This document shows positions 1-9,948 of a DNA stretch of 64,000 nucleotides, piece by piece (positions within the stretch are counted from its first letter, which is position 1; each line of letters starts with the position of its first letter). The DNA comes from an uncultured Alphaproteobacteria bacterium. Lineage in GTDB: Bacteria; Pseudomonadota; Alphaproteobacteria; HIMB59; GCA-002718135. The notes under the pieces were generated by a model. It had not been told where the DNA came from. It searched no databases and saw only the letters and a list, made by a program, of their open reading frames with translations. The position numbers and the translations under genes are program-made. The stretch lies in NCBI GenBank assembly GCA_902615745.1, contig CACMQB010000005.1, positions 25,991 through 89,990 on the forward strand, written 5' to 3'.

Positions 1-899
1 CTGTCATTATTGTTAAATATTATTGGTCGTTCAATTGCGCCAGTTGCTAAAATAACTTTCTTTGATCTAATTTTCCATATTCTTTCTTTAATATCATATT
101 TTTTATTTAAACCTTTTTCTGGATCAATTTCTTGCACTGCTAGTAATAAATTATAATTCAAGTATGCAAAACAAGTTGTATTTTTAACTATTTTTACATT
201 TGAATTTTTAGAAAGTTTATCAACTAATTTATTTTTCCATTCATTAATTGGTAAATTATTAATTTTAATATCTTGATTTTTTGTAGATAAAATTTCACCA
301 CCGAGATCCTCTTCTTGCTCAACTAGTAAAACTTTATAATTTTTATTAGCTGCAATTTCTGCTGAAATCAATCCACTCACTCCTGCTCCAACAATTAGAA
401 CATCACAATGATAATGAAAATGTTCATATTTGTGGGGATCATCTTTTTTTGGAGATTTACCAAGTCCCGCAGCGTGTCTTATAAAAAACTCATATGCTTT
501 CCAAAACTTTGGTGGCCACATAAAGGTCTTGTAATAAAACCCTGCAGGAAAAAATGGGGATAGTAAATCATTTATAGCGCCAGCATCAAATTTCACTGAC
601 GGCCAATTATTTTGACTAAAAGCTTTTAACCCATCATATATCTGGACTTCAGTTACTCTTCTATTAGGTTCGGTATATTCTTTGGTCTCAAGCTGAACTA
701 TTCCATTAGGTTCTTCACTACCTGCAGTATAAATACCCCGCGGTCGATGATATTTAAAACTTCTTCCAACTAAGTGAACATCATTTGCAAGAAGTGCAGA
801 AGCTAGTGTGTCACCTTCAAATCCAAAATATTCTTTATTATCAAAATAGAACCTAACAGACTTATTATTTTCTAGATTTTTATTATTTTTGTATCGCAT
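1..899 (-). CDS. soxA: Sarcosine oxidase alpha subunit, N-terminal part (gene continues beyond left window edge)
   Basis: Absent from the ORF track because it is truncated. My reverse translation from the ATG at 899..897 reads MRYKNNKNLENNKSVRFYFDNKEYFGFEGDTLASALLANDVHLVGRSFKYHRPRGIYTAGSEEPNG, the conserved SoxA N-terminus. An in-frame dinucleotide fold HYHCDVLIVGAGVSGLISA follows (around 416..360). It follows soxB-soxD in canonical soxBDA order. Confidence 0.85.
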   Translation of the reverse strand, partial: MRYKNNKNLENNKSVRFYFDNKEYFGFEGDTLASALLANDVHLVGRSFKYHRPRGIYTAGSEEPNGIVQLETKEYTEPNRRVTEVQIYDGLKAFSQNNWPSVKFDAGAINDLLSPFFPAGFYYKTFMWPPKFWKAYEFFIRHAAGLGKSPKKDDPHKYEHFHYHCDVLIVGAGVSGLISAEIAANKNYKVLLVEQEEDLGGEILSTKNQDIKINNLPINEWKNKLVDKLSKNSNVKIVKNTTCFAYLNYNLLLAVQEIDPEKGLNKKYDIKERIWKIRSKKVILATGAIERPIIFNNND

Positions 900-907
900 C
901 TTTATTT

Positions 908-1264
908 TTAAAACCTATCTTTTTTTGATGTTGATAAATTCCCTGATCCAATACTTGGCTCACCTGAAGGAGTAGCTGGTATATTTGCTTTTAATATGGG
1001 AGGAGCTTCTCCCATTTTATATACTACAAGAATTTCATCGGTTGCTGTATTTCTTGCTAAATTAAACCATTGTCTGCATCCATATTCATGGTTCCATCTT
1101 TCATAATGAATACCTTTTTCGTTCTTTCGCAAGAATAAATATTCTGCCCATTGATCATCAGAGAGTTCATGAGGATTTTTTGGTCTTGCAATATGCGCTT
1201 CACCTCCACAAGAAAATTCAGCTTGATCTCTTTCTCCACAGTATGGGCAATTTATTAAAAACAT
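908..1264 (-). CDS. soxD: Sarcosine oxidase delta subunit
   Basis: 118 aa. N-terminal CPYCGERDQAEFSCGGEAH cysteine motif and the WAEYLFLRKN core are typical of SoxD. There is a 3-nt gap after soxB and an 8-nt gap before the soxA start. Confidence 0.85.
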   Translation of the reverse strand: MFLINCPYCGERDQAEFSCGGEAHIARPKNPHELSDDQWAEYLFLRKNEKGIHYERWNHEYGCRQWFNLARNTATDEILVVYKMGEAPPILKANIPATPSGEPSIGSGNLSTSKKDRF

Positions 1265-1267
1265 GAT

Positions 1268-2530
1268 TTAATGTGCTACGGCAGCTGCACCATGTTCATC
1301 AACTAATTCACCACTAGAAAATCTATTTATTGTAAAAGGAGCATTTAATTCATGTGCTTGATCATTAGCTATAGTGTGAGCAAATACCCAGCCTGAACCT
1401 GGTGTTGCTTTAAAACCACCAGTTCCCCAACCACAATTAAAATATAAACCATTTATGTGCGTCTTACTGATAATGGGGCTTGCATCAGGACAAATATCTA
1501 CAATCCCTCCCCAATGACGAAGCATTTTCATTCTAGAAAATATTGGAAACAATTCAACTATCGCCATTAATGTATCTTCAACAATGTTAAAGCCACCTCT
1601 TTGAGTATATGAAGTGTATCCATCTGTTCCAGCACCAATAACTAGTTCTCCTTTATCTGACTGAGATACATACGCATGAATTGTATTGGACATTACTACA
1701 GTATCAATGACTGGTTTTACTGGCTCTGAAACTAGTGCTTGTAATGGTTTACTCTCCAAAGGTAATTTGATACCAGCCATATTGGCAATAACACTGGTAT
1801 GCCCTGCAGCAGCTATTCCAATTTTATTTGAATTAATGGCTCCTTTTGTTGTTTCAATACCAGTTACATTTCCATTTTTTACATTAATACCAGTTACTTC
1901 ACAATTTTGAATTATATCAACTCCCATTTCATCAGCTCCTCTTGCATAACCCCATGCAACAGCATCATGTCTTGCAGTTCCTGCTCTTCTTTGCAGCGTT
2001 GCTCCTAAAACAGGATATCTAATGTTTGGTGAAGTATTTATTATTGGACAAAATTCTTTAACTTTCTTTGTATCAAGCCATTCACAATCGATATCATTTA
2101 GTCTGTTTGCATGCCACCGTCTTTTTAATTCTCTTACATCATGAAGATTATGAGCAACATTCAAAACCCCTCTTTGAGAAAACATTACGTTGTAATTTAA
2201 TTCTTGAGACATACCTTCCCAAAGTTTTAATGCATGCTCGTATAAAGCTGCACTTTGATCCCATAAATAGTTTGATCTAATTATAGTGGTATTTCGCCCT
2301 GTATTCCCACCGCCTATCCAACCTTTTTCAATTACTGCAATATTATTAATTCCATGGTTTTTTGCTAAATAGTAAGCAGTAGTTAAACCGTGTCCACCAC
2401 CACCGACAATTATTGCATCATAACTTTTTTTTGGCTCAGGACTATTCCACGTCTTTTGCCAATTTTCATGATGATTTAAAGCATTTCTAGCAATAGATAG
2501 AAATGAGTATTTATTTTTATTAAACATCAT
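1268..2530 (-). CDS. soxB: Sarcosine oxidase beta subunit (DAO-family FAD oxidoreductase)
   Basis: 420 aa. Rossmann FAD motif [20 protein letters not shown]. Length and position upstream of soxD/soxA fit heterotetrameric sarcosine oxidase. Confidence 0.9.
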   Translation of the reverse strand: MMFNKNKYSFLSIARNALNHHENWQKTWNSPEPKKSYDAIIVGGGGHGLTTAYYLAKNHGINNIAVIEKGWIGGGNTGRNTTIIRSNYLWDQSAALYEHALKLWEGMSQELNYNVMFSQRGVLNVAHNLHDVRELKRRWHANRLNDIDCEWLDTKKVKEFCPIINTSPNIRYPVLGATLQRRAGTARHDAVAWGYARGADEMGVDIIQNCEVTGINVKNGNVTGIETTKGAINSNKIGIAAAGHTSVIANMAGIKLPLESKPLQALVSEPVKPVIDTVVMSNTIHAYVSQSDKGELVIGAGTDGYTSYTQRGGFNIVEDTLMAIVELFPIFSRMKMLRHWGGIVDICPDASPIISKTHINGLYFNCGWGTGGFKATPGSGWVFAHTIANDQAHELNAPFTINRFSSGELVDEHGAAAVAH

Positions 2531-2547
2531 AACTCTTTATAGCAGTT

Positions 2548-4221
2548 TTAAAAAAGACCTTCAATTTCTCCATGGTCATTTAGCTTTATCGAATTTGCCG
2601 CAGGAACACTTGGTAGACCCGGCATGGTCATAATATCACCGCAAACAACTACTATAAATTCTGCTCCTGATGACAATCTTACCTCTCTAATAGGTAAAAC
2701 GTGGCCAGTAGGAGCACCTTTTAAATTAGGGTCAGTTGAAAAACTATATTGAGTCTTTGCAATGCAAACAGGTAATTTGCCAAATCCTTTAGTTTCAAAA
2801 TCCTTCAATTGTTGACGTACTTTCGTGTCTGCCACAACTTCACTTGCGTGATAAATCTCTTGTGCAATTTTTTCTATTTTTTTGAATAGAGTTAAATCAT
2901 CTTCATATAAAAATTTAAATGTATTCTTATTATCTTCACAAATATCTATTACATTTTGAGCTAATTCTGTTGCACCATCACCACCATCGGACCAGTGAGT
3001 ACACATAGAAGCCTTGACTCCTTGAGTTGTACAAAAACTTAGAACGGCATCAACTTCAGCTTTAGAATCAGTGACAAAATGATTAATAGCAACAGTTACT
3101 GGTAATCCAAATTTTCTAACATTATTAATATGTCTTTCTAGATTTACTAAACCTTTTTTAAGAGCATTTACATTTTCATTTTTTAAATCTTCTTTTGAAA
3201 CATCACCATGCATTTTTAGTGCTCTAATTGTAGCTACCAAAACCACACAATCAGGTTTTAAATTTGATTTTCTACATTTTATATCAAGGAATTTTTCTGC
3301 TCCTAGATCAGCTCCAAAGCCTGCTTCAGTTACAACGTAATCACTTAATTTTAAACTAGCTTTAGTTGCAATTACAGAATTGCAACCATGAGCAATATTT
3401 GCAAATGGCCCACCATGAATTACAGCAGGATTATTTTCTAACGTTTGTGTTATGTTGGGCCTAATGGCATCTTTTAATAATACTGTCATTGGACCTTCTG
3501 CCTTTAAATCTTTTGCATAAATAGCTTTTTTGTCTCGTGTATAAGCAATAGTTATATTTCCAATTCTCTCTTCAAGATCTTTTAAATCTTTTGCTAAGCA
3601 GAAAATTGCCATTATCTCCGATGCAACAGTAATATCAAAACCATCTTGTCTAGGATATCCATTTGCAACTCCTCCTAAATCAACAACAATAGATCTAAGT
3701 GATCTATCATTCATATCCATTACTCTCTTCCAAACAACCCTTCTAACATCAATATTCAATTTATTTCCCCAGTAGATATGATTATCAATCAATGCAGAAA
3801 GTAAATTATGAGCTGATGTAATTGCGTGAAAATCTCCAGTAAAATGTAAATTAATTTGCTCCATTGGTACTACTTGAGCATAGCCTCCACCAGCTGCACC
3901 ACCTTTCATACCGAATGATGGTCCAAGACTCGGCTCTCTTAAACAAACTATTGATTTCTTTCCTAGTTTATTAAGACCATCACTTAATCCAACTGAAGTT
4001 GTTGTTTTACCTTCTCCTGCTGGTGTTGGAGTTATTGCTGAGACTAGAACAAGTTTACCATCTTTATTTTTATTAAGTGACTCTATGTACTCCAAGTTTA
4101 TTTTTGCTATATGACGACCCATAGGACTGAAGGCCTCAGGTGTGTCTGGTACATCAAGCCCTTTTAGAATTTCACTAATAGGCTTCATTTTAGCTTTTCT
4201 TGCTATTTCAATATCTGACAT
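2548..4221 (-). CDS. fhs: Formate--tetrahydrofolate ligase
   Basis: 557 aa. Signature [16 protein letters not shown] nucleotide-binding loop and the [16 protein letters not shown] region. Strong SD (AAGGAG, reverse strand at about 4225..4230) before the ATG. Confidence 0.95.
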   Translation of the reverse strand: MSDIEIARKAKMKPISEILKGLDVPDTPEAFSPMGRHIAKINLEYIESLNKNKDGKLVLVSAITPTPAGEGKTTTSVGLSDGLNKLGKKSIVCLREPSLGPSFGMKGGAAGGGYAQVVPMEQINLHFTGDFHAITSAHNLLSALIDNHIYWGNKLNIDVRRVVWKRVMDMNDRSLRSIVVDLGGVANGYPRQDGFDITVASEIMAIFCLAKDLKDLEERIGNITIAYTRDKKAIYAKDLKAEGPMTVLLKDAIRPNITQTLENNPAVIHGGPFANIAHGCNSVIATKASLKLSDYVVTEAGFGADLGAEKFLDIKCRKSNLKPDCVVLVATIRALKMHGDVSKEDLKNENVNALKKGLVNLERHINNVRKFGLPVTVAINHFVTDSKAEVDAVLSFCTTQGVKASMCTHWSDGGDGATELAQNVIDICEDNKNTFKFLYEDDLTLFKKIEKIAQEIYHASEVVADTKVRQQLKDFETKGFGKLPVCIAKTQYSFSTDPNLKGAPTGHVLPIREVRLSSGAEFIVVVCGDIMTMPGLPSVPAANSIKLNDHGEIEGLF

Positions 4222-4314
4222 GAGACTCCTTAATTATTAGATACTTAATCTATAAATTAACTTAAATATCAAACAACTTTTGTTTCATTAAAAGATAAAA
4301 AAAATGTGAAGAAG

Positions 4315-5208
4315 CTAATTTAACTGGAATTTCTGTTTATTATTATAAGAAAAATCTGAGTTATTAAATTGATTTAACCACTCTGATGTTTTTTTCATAC
4401 CACCAAACGCATAGAAATGTATTTTTTCAAGTTTAGAGTCTTTGTTTATTTCGCTATATTCAGCAAGATCATAAATTAATTTGTCAGGAGTGCTCAATGT
4501 TGCAAGTTTAGTTAAGTTAAAAGCCTGTTTTGTAATAAATCTTAAAGAATTTCCAATACCGCAAGACCTTGCATAATTTATTAATGTTTTAATAGAGGCA
4601 GGGCCTGGTATCCCAGCGTGGATTGGTAATTTATTTCCAATTTTTTCTAAGTGTTTTTCCCAGTCGATTAAAGATTTAGCTTCAAAAAAAAATTGTGTTG
4701 CTAAATACATTTTAAAATCAACATTTTTTGCAAAATCATTCTTCTGTTTAATTGCTAAATCTAAATTTTCATTTGAAATATCTGGGCTTCCTTCGGGATG
4801 TCCAGCCACACCTACAAATTGATAATTATATTTTGAAAGAAAATCTGTTTTTAAAACATCAATTGAGGAAGAGATTTCGCCAGCTTGGTTTCCACCACCG
4901 CCAATAATTAACATTTTTGAACACCCAGATTCATTTGCAAGTTCACCAATATATTTTTCTAAGTCATTTTTATTTTCAATAGTTCTCGCAGGCAAATGAG
5001 GTATAACATCATAACCTTCTAATTTTAATTTTTTTGCCGTTCTAATAACATTTTTTGAATTTTCATCTGGTAAATAAGTTATATAAACGTCATGATTTTT
5101 ATTAAGAAATTCAGAAAAGCCTCCATATTTTTCGTAAACATTTGGAGTTGTTTCTATAGAATAACTATTGAGAAAATTTTTAACAATATTAATGGTTTCT
5201 TTAGACAT
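4315..5208 (-). CDS. Methylenetetrahydrofolate reductase-family protein (MetF-like, probable methyl-THF/methylene-THF interconversion)
   Basis: 297 aa. The pattern is typical of the MTHFR TIM-barrel family (SIETTP, IPHLPART, VAGHPEGSP, LATQFFFE, IHAGIPGP). Same strand as fhs and directly upstream of it. Confidence 0.75.
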   Translation of the reverse strand: MSKETINIVKNFLNSYSIETTPNVYEKYGGFSEFLNKNHDVYITYLPDENSKNVIRTAKKLKLEGYDVIPHLPARTIENKNDLEKYIGELANESGCSKMLIIGGGGNQAGEISSSIDVLKTDFLSKYNYQFVGVAGHPEGSPDISNENLDLAIKQKNDFAKNVDFKMYLATQFFFEAKSLIDWEKHLEKIGNKLPIHAGIPGPASIKTLINYARSCGIGNSLRFITKQAFNLTKLATLSTPDKLIYDLAEYSEINKDSKLEKIHFYAFGGMKKTSEWLNQFNNSDFSYNNKQKFQLN

Positions 5209-5241
5209 AAATTTTTAAAGTTTTTTATATTAATTAGATAA

Positions 5242-6177
5242 ATGAACAACAAGTACTTTACTATAATTACTTTTTATCAATTCAAAATAATTAAAGATAA
5301 AAATGATATCATTACTAAACTTAAAGATTTTTGCAAATTTAATAAAATAAAAGGTACAATATTAATTGCTGATGAAGGTATTAATGGAACAATAGCTGGC
5401 TTAGAAAAAAACATAAATTCTTTCATTCTATATCTTGAAAATTTTAGTTTTGAGAAACTTAATCTTAAACGATCAAAATATAAATATATGCCTTTTCAAA
5501 AACTAAAAATTAGAAATAAAAATGAAATAGTCACACTCAGAACCAAATTTGCTGATCCTACAAAAATATCTGGAAAAAAAGTTAAATACAATGAATGGAA
5601 TCAACTAATTAAAGACAAAGATACTATTGTGATTGATGTAAGAAATGAATTTGAGTTTAAAATAGGATCTTTTGAAGGGGCAATTAATCCAAAAACTAAA
5701 AGTTTCACTGACTTTAAATCTTTTGTTCAAAAAAAACTAAATAAGTCAAAAGACAAAAAAATTGCAATGTTTTGCACTGGAGGTATCAGGTGTGAAAAGG
5801 CATCATCATATATGATGATGAAGGGTTTTAAAAATGTTGCTCAGTTAGACGGAGGTATACTAAAGTATTTAGAAAAAACTCCAAAAAAAGATTCAATGTG
5901 GAATGGTGAATGTTTCGTATTTGATGGAAGAGTATCTTTGAAAAATGAATTAAAAGATGGAACTTACAAACTTTGTCATGCTTGTCGGATACCCATTAGT
6001 ATTAAAGATACTTATAATAAATATTATGAACCAGGTGTATCTTGTCATAATTGTTTTGATAAAACATCTGAAGAAAAGAAAAAAAACTTACTTGAAAGAA
6101 ATAAACAAATTAAACTTGATAAAAAAAGAGGAAATTTTAACCGTTTTGTTAAGCAGTCAATTTTTGATTATGAATAA
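5242..6177 (+). CDS. trhO: Rhodanese-domain protein of the UPF0176/YceA family (tRNA uridine(34) hydroxylase TrhO-like)
   Basis: 311 aa. N-terminal FYQF...KGTILIADEGINGTIAG, rhodanese active-site loop FCTGGIRCEKAS, and a C-terminal Cys cluster (CHAC...CHNC). Confidence 0.8.
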   Translation: MNNKYFTIITFYQFKIIKDKNDIITKLKDFCKFNKIKGTILIADEGINGTIAGLEKNINSFILYLENFSFEKLNLKRSKYKYMPFQKLKIRNKNEIVTLRTKFADPTKISGKKVKYNEWNQLIKDKDTIVIDVRNEFEFKIGSFEGAINPKTKSFTDFKSFVQKKLNKSKDKKIAMFCTGGIRCEKASSYMMMKGFKNVAQLDGGILKYLEKTPKKDSMWNGECFVFDGRVSLKNELKDGTYKLCHACRIPISIKDTYNKYYEPGVSCHNCFDKTSEEKKKNLLERNKQIKLDKKRGNFNRFVKQSIFDYE

Positions 6178-6218
6178 ATAATACTTTATTTCATATAATT
6201 ATTCTGTATAGACACCTC

Positions 6219-6413
6219 ATGGCAAAAAAAACTTCATTCGCTCTTAAACAACTAGTACCTGAAGAAAATCCAAAAACAGGAACTAAGTATATTGTAAGAA
6301 AACCGACAAAAGGATTGAAAGTTGCTGAAAAGCTTCGAATGAAAAAATATGATCCTGTGTTAAAAAAACACGTTTGGTTCGTTGAGAAAAAAATGCCTCC
6401 TCATAGTAAATAA
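6219..6413 (+). CDS. rpmG: 50S ribosomal protein L33 (Cys-free form, short N-terminal extension)
   Basis: 64 aa. The C-terminal EKLRMKKYDPVLKKHVWFVEKKM matches the conserved L33 core (EKL.LRK[FY]DPV.[RK].HV.[FY]KE.K). No Zn-binding cysteines are present. Confidence 0.8.
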   Translation: MAKKTSFALKQLVPEENPKTGTKYIVRKPTKGLKVAEKLRMKKYDPVLKKHVWFVEKKMPPHSK

Positions 6414-6459
6414 TAGATTTACCTCTTTAATTTATTCTAAATTAACATAATTTAAACTC

Positions 6460-7881
6460 ATGGTAGCCACTTATGGGATTCATTGGTTTAGACAAGATTT
6501 GCGATTACAACAAAATCCATCTTTATTGTCACTTTCAAAAAAAGTTGATCAGATAATTCCAATTTATATTTTAGATTTAAATCAAAGAATTGGATCCACA
6601 TCCAAATGGTGGTTAGAAAAATCCTTAATTAGTTTATATGACTCAATACAAAAACATAATGGCAAACTAAATATATTTGCTGGTGATCCAGAGAAAATTA
6701 TATCTTCAATACTAAAGAATTCAAATGTTAAATATGTATCCTGGAATAGACTATATGATCCATATTCAATTAAAAGAGATACTAAAATTAAATCTATAGT
6801 TACCTCATCTAAAATAGAATGCGACTCGCACAATGGATATCTTTTAAATGAACCTTGGAATATTAAAAATAAAAGTGGAACCTTTTTTAAAGTATTTACC
6901 CCTTACTGGCGACATTGTGATGAGCTACTAAAACTAAAAGATATTAAATTTAAAAATACAAAAATAAGCTACGCCAATTTAAAATTTAAAAATGAAATAA
7001 CTATAAAAGATTTAAATCTAACAAACAAAAAAGAGAAATGGATCAAAAAAATTGAAAAATATTGGATACCTGGTGAAAGTAATGCAAAAATACAATTAAA
7101 AAAATATATTTCGCAAAAAGCAAATAATTATTCAGTTGGAAGAGATAGACCCGATAAAGATTTAACTTCAAAATTATCACCCTATCTTCATTTTGGAGAA
7201 ATATCCACTTTGGAAGTTTATGATACCGTAAATATTGAAAAAAAAATTGATCCTGAAAATAAAAAAAAATTTCTTGCTGAACTTGGCTGGAGAGATTTTT
7301 CTTATAATCTTTTATTTCATTATCCAGATATGACTCATAAACCTATACAAAATAAATTTAATAAATTTCCATGGATTAAAAATGCTAAAAATTTATCATT
7401 ATGGCATAATGGTAAAACTGGTATTCCAATTGTTGATGCTGGAATGAGACAACTATATAAAACAGGCTGGATGCATAATAGAGTAAGAATGATTGTAGGC
7501 TCGTTTCTAACAAAAAATTTATTGTTACACTGGAAAAATGGAGAAGAGTGGTTTTTTGATACTTTAGTTGATGCTGACGTTGGATCTAATTCTGCAGGTT
7601 GGCAATGGATATCTGGTTGTGGTGCTGATGCAAGTCCCTATTTTAGAATTTTTAATCCAATATTGCAGGGTCAAAAATTTGATCCAGATGGTGATTATGT
7701 AAAAGAATTTGTTCCTGAGTTGAATAATATTCCAAAAAAATATATTCATAATCCTTGGGAGATGTCTATGGAGGATCAAAAGAAATATAATTTTGAGATT
7801 GGTACTTCATATCCAGCACCAATTGTAGATTTAAAAGAAACAAGAAATAGAGCACTATCAGCGTTTAAAACTATTAGTTGA
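6460..7881 (+). CDS. phrB: Deoxyribodipyrimidine (CPD) photolyase
   Basis: 473 aa. N-terminal IHWFRQDLRLQQNPSL, plus FAD-binding domain signatures TGIPIVDAGMRQLYKTGWMHNRVRMIVGSFL and DADVGSNSAGWQWISGCGADASPYFRIFNP. Confidence 0.9.
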   Translation: MVATYGIHWFRQDLRLQQNPSLLSLSKKVDQIIPIYILDLNQRIGSTSKWWLEKSLISLYDSIQKHNGKLNIFAGDPEKIISSILKNSNVKYVSWNRLYDPYSIKRDTKIKSIVTSSKIECDSHNGYLLNEPWNIKNKSGTFFKVFTPYWRHCDELLKLKDIKFKNTKISYANLKFKNEITIKDLNLTNKKEKWIKKIEKYWIPGESNAKIQLKKYISQKANNYSVGRDRPDKDLTSKLSPYLHFGEISTLEVYDTVNIEKKIDPENKKKFLAELGWRDFSYNLLFHYPDMTHKPIQNKFNKFPWIKNAKNLSLWHNGKTGIPIVDAGMRQLYKTGWMHNRVRMIVGSFLTKNLLLHWKNGEEWFFDTLVDADVGSNSAGWQWISGCGADASPYFRIFNPILQGQKFDPDGDYVKEFVPELNNIPKKYIHNPWEMSMEDQKKYNFEIGTSYPAPIVDLKETRNRALSAFKTIS

Positions 7882-7882
7882 T

Positions 7883-9178
7883 GTGAGAGAAAAAATAGCA
7901 ATTATTGGTTCTGGTATTTCAGGAATAAGTGCAGCTTACCTTTTGTCTTCTAAATATGATGTTTATTTATTTGAAAAAAATAATAGATTGGGCGGACATA
8001 CAAGAACTATCTATGTTGAAGAATCAACAAAGACAATCCCAGTCGATACAGGGTTTATTGTATTCAATGAAAGTAATTATCCAGATTTAACAAATTTTTT
8101 TAAATTACTTGATGTGAAATGCAAAAATTCAGATATGTCTTTTGCGGTCTCAAATCAAGATCCTCAAATTGAATATAGTGGCAAAAATATCTTTTCTCTT
8201 TTTGCTAATTTTAGAAATGTGTTTTCTTTTAATTTTTTTAAAATGTTATTTGAAATAAGAAAACTTTATTTATTATGTAATAGCTTGAATGTTAGTGATT
8301 TAGAGCAAACTAAAACCTTAAATGATTTTTTAAAAACTAATAATTTTTCAACATACCTAATAAATTATCATATTTTACCTATGATATCATCTATATGGTC
8401 AAGCAATATAAGTGATGTAAAAAATTTTCCTCTCATAACATTCATTAATTTTTTTAAAAATCATGCTTTATTTAATTTAAAAAAAAGACCTCAATGGAAA
8501 TTCGTAGAAGGGGGAAGTAACGAATATATAAAAAAAATTATTAATAAAAATGTTTTTGAGTATGAAACAAATTTCAAAATTAAAAAAATTATTAGAGAAA
8601 ATAGTAAAATTAAAATAGAAGATGAGAAAAATAATATATTAGAATTTCATAAGGTAATATTAGCAACTCATGCAAATCAAGTATTGGATATTTTGGAAAA
8701 ACCAACAGAAGAAGAAGTAAAAATATTTTCACAATTTAAATATTCAACTAACTCAGCAATACTTCACTCCGATCACTCTTTAATGCCTAAATCAAAAATT
8801 GCTTGGTCGAGTTGGAATTTTTTAAATGAGTCATCATCTTCTAAATTTACTTTAACTTATTGGATGAATTTCTTGCAAAAATTACCAACTAAACAAAATT
8901 ATTTTGTAACTGTTAATCCATATAAAAAGCCTAAAAATATAATTAACGAAACAACATTTAATCATCCAATATATACCACCGATACTATTTTAGCTCAAAA
9001 AAACGTTATGGAAATTCAAGGAAAGAATAATACTTTTTTCTGTGGAGCTTATCTTGGATATGGTTTTCATGAAGACGGCATTCAATCATCTTCTTATATT
9101 TGTAAATTATTAAATTGTGATTTACCTTGGAAGAGAGAGAAAAATTTTTATAATAGATTGCAAATTAATTTTAAATGA
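7883..9178 (+). CDS. NAD/FAD-binding oxidoreductase (amine-oxidase/desaturase-like), first gene of a lipid-modification trio
   Basis: 431 aa. Probable GTG start 1 nt after the photolyase stop. Rossmann motif KIAIIGSGISGISAAYLL..EKNNRLGGH. Followed by DUF1365 and a CFA-like methylase, the recurrent proteobacterial arrangement. Confidence 0.7.
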   Translation: MREKIAIIGSGISGISAAYLLSSKYDVYLFEKNNRLGGHTRTIYVEESTKTIPVDTGFIVFNESNYPDLTNFFKLLDVKCKNSDMSFAVSNQDPQIEYSGKNIFSLFANFRNVFSFNFFKMLFEIRKLYLLCNSLNVSDLEQTKTLNDFLKTNNFSTYLINYHILPMISSIWSSNISDVKNFPLITFINFFKNHALFNLKKRPQWKFVEGGSNEYIKKIINKNVFEYETNFKIKKIIRENSKIKIEDEKNNILEFHKVILATHANQVLDILEKPTEEEVKIFSQFKYSTNSAILHSDHSLMPKSKIAWSSWNFLNESSSSKFTLTYWMNFLQKLPTKQNYFVTVNPYKKPKNIINETTFNHPIYTTDTILAQKNVMEIQGKNNTFFCGAYLGYGFHEDGIQSSSYICKLLNCDLPWKREKNFYNRLQINFK

Positions 9179-9948
9179 TTTCTCAAATACTATTATCTAG
9201 CATTATACATAAAAGATTTATTCCATTTAAACACACATTGAAATATGAGGTACCATGTCTTTTTATTAATTTGGATAATCTTCATCAATTAAGTAAAAAC
9301 TATAAACTTTTTTCATTAAACTCTTTTAATCTTTTTTCTATGTATGAAAAAGATCATGGATATAGAGACAAAAGGTCAATAAAGACATTCGTTAAAGATT
9401 CCCTCTCTAAATTTAATATTAAATATAAACATCTTAATATAATGATATTATGTTTTCCAAGAATTTTGGGATATGTATTTGATCCCTTATCAATTATATA
9501 TTGTTATGATGATAAAAAATTAATATCTATTTTCTATGAAGTCAAAAATACGACTAATGAACAACATACCTATATTTTTAAAGGAAATGTAAATTTTGAA
9601 GATTTTAAATTATCTCATGAATGTGCAAAGCAGTTTTATGTATCTCCATTCATAGAAATGGAGGCAAATTATAAATTTTTTAATCGAATGCAAAAAGATA
9701 CAATAAATATTAACATTGATCTTTATGATAAAAATAATAAAAAAGTTCTAACAGCTTCTCAGCATGGCAAATTTATAGATTTTAACTCAAAAAATATGTT
9801 TAAATTTTTATATTATAATCCACTTTTAGGTTTCAAGGTAATGGCTGGAATTCTTTATGAAGCTCTAAAAATAATTTACAAAGGTGGTAAATATTATGCA
9901 CGAAAAAAGAAGCCAAATGATACAGTGAGTTTTGAAGGTAATTTTTAA
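9175..9948 (+). CDS. DUF1365-family protein
   Basis: 257 aa. 4-nt overlap with the upstream oxidoreductase. N-terminal HKRFIPFKHTLKYEV...F and the internal FDPLSIIYCYD / YVSPF pattern are typical of DUF1365 as I recall it. Its conserved position between the oxidoreductase and the CFA-like methylase supports the call. Confidence 0.65.
   Translation: MISQILLSSIIHKRFIPFKHTLKYEVPCLFINLDNLHQLSKNYKLFSLNSFNLFSMYEKDHGYRDKRSIKTFVKDSLSKFNIKYKHLNIMILCFPRILGYVFDPLSIIYCYDDKKLISIFYEVKNTTNEQHTYIFKGNVNFEDFKLSHECAKQFYVSPFIEMEANYKFFNRMQKDTININIDLYDKNNKKVLTASQHGKFIDFNSKNMFKFLYYNPLLGFKVMAGILYEALKIIYKGGKYYARKKKPNDTVSFEGNF

Noticed and set aside
4222-4314. Possible riboswitch (THF or glycine type) in the 93-nt spacer upstream of fhs.
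   Set aside because: The spacer is too short and AT-rich, and I could find no conserved helices. It contains only a strong SD and a promoter-like TTGTTT / TATAGA pair on the reverse strand.
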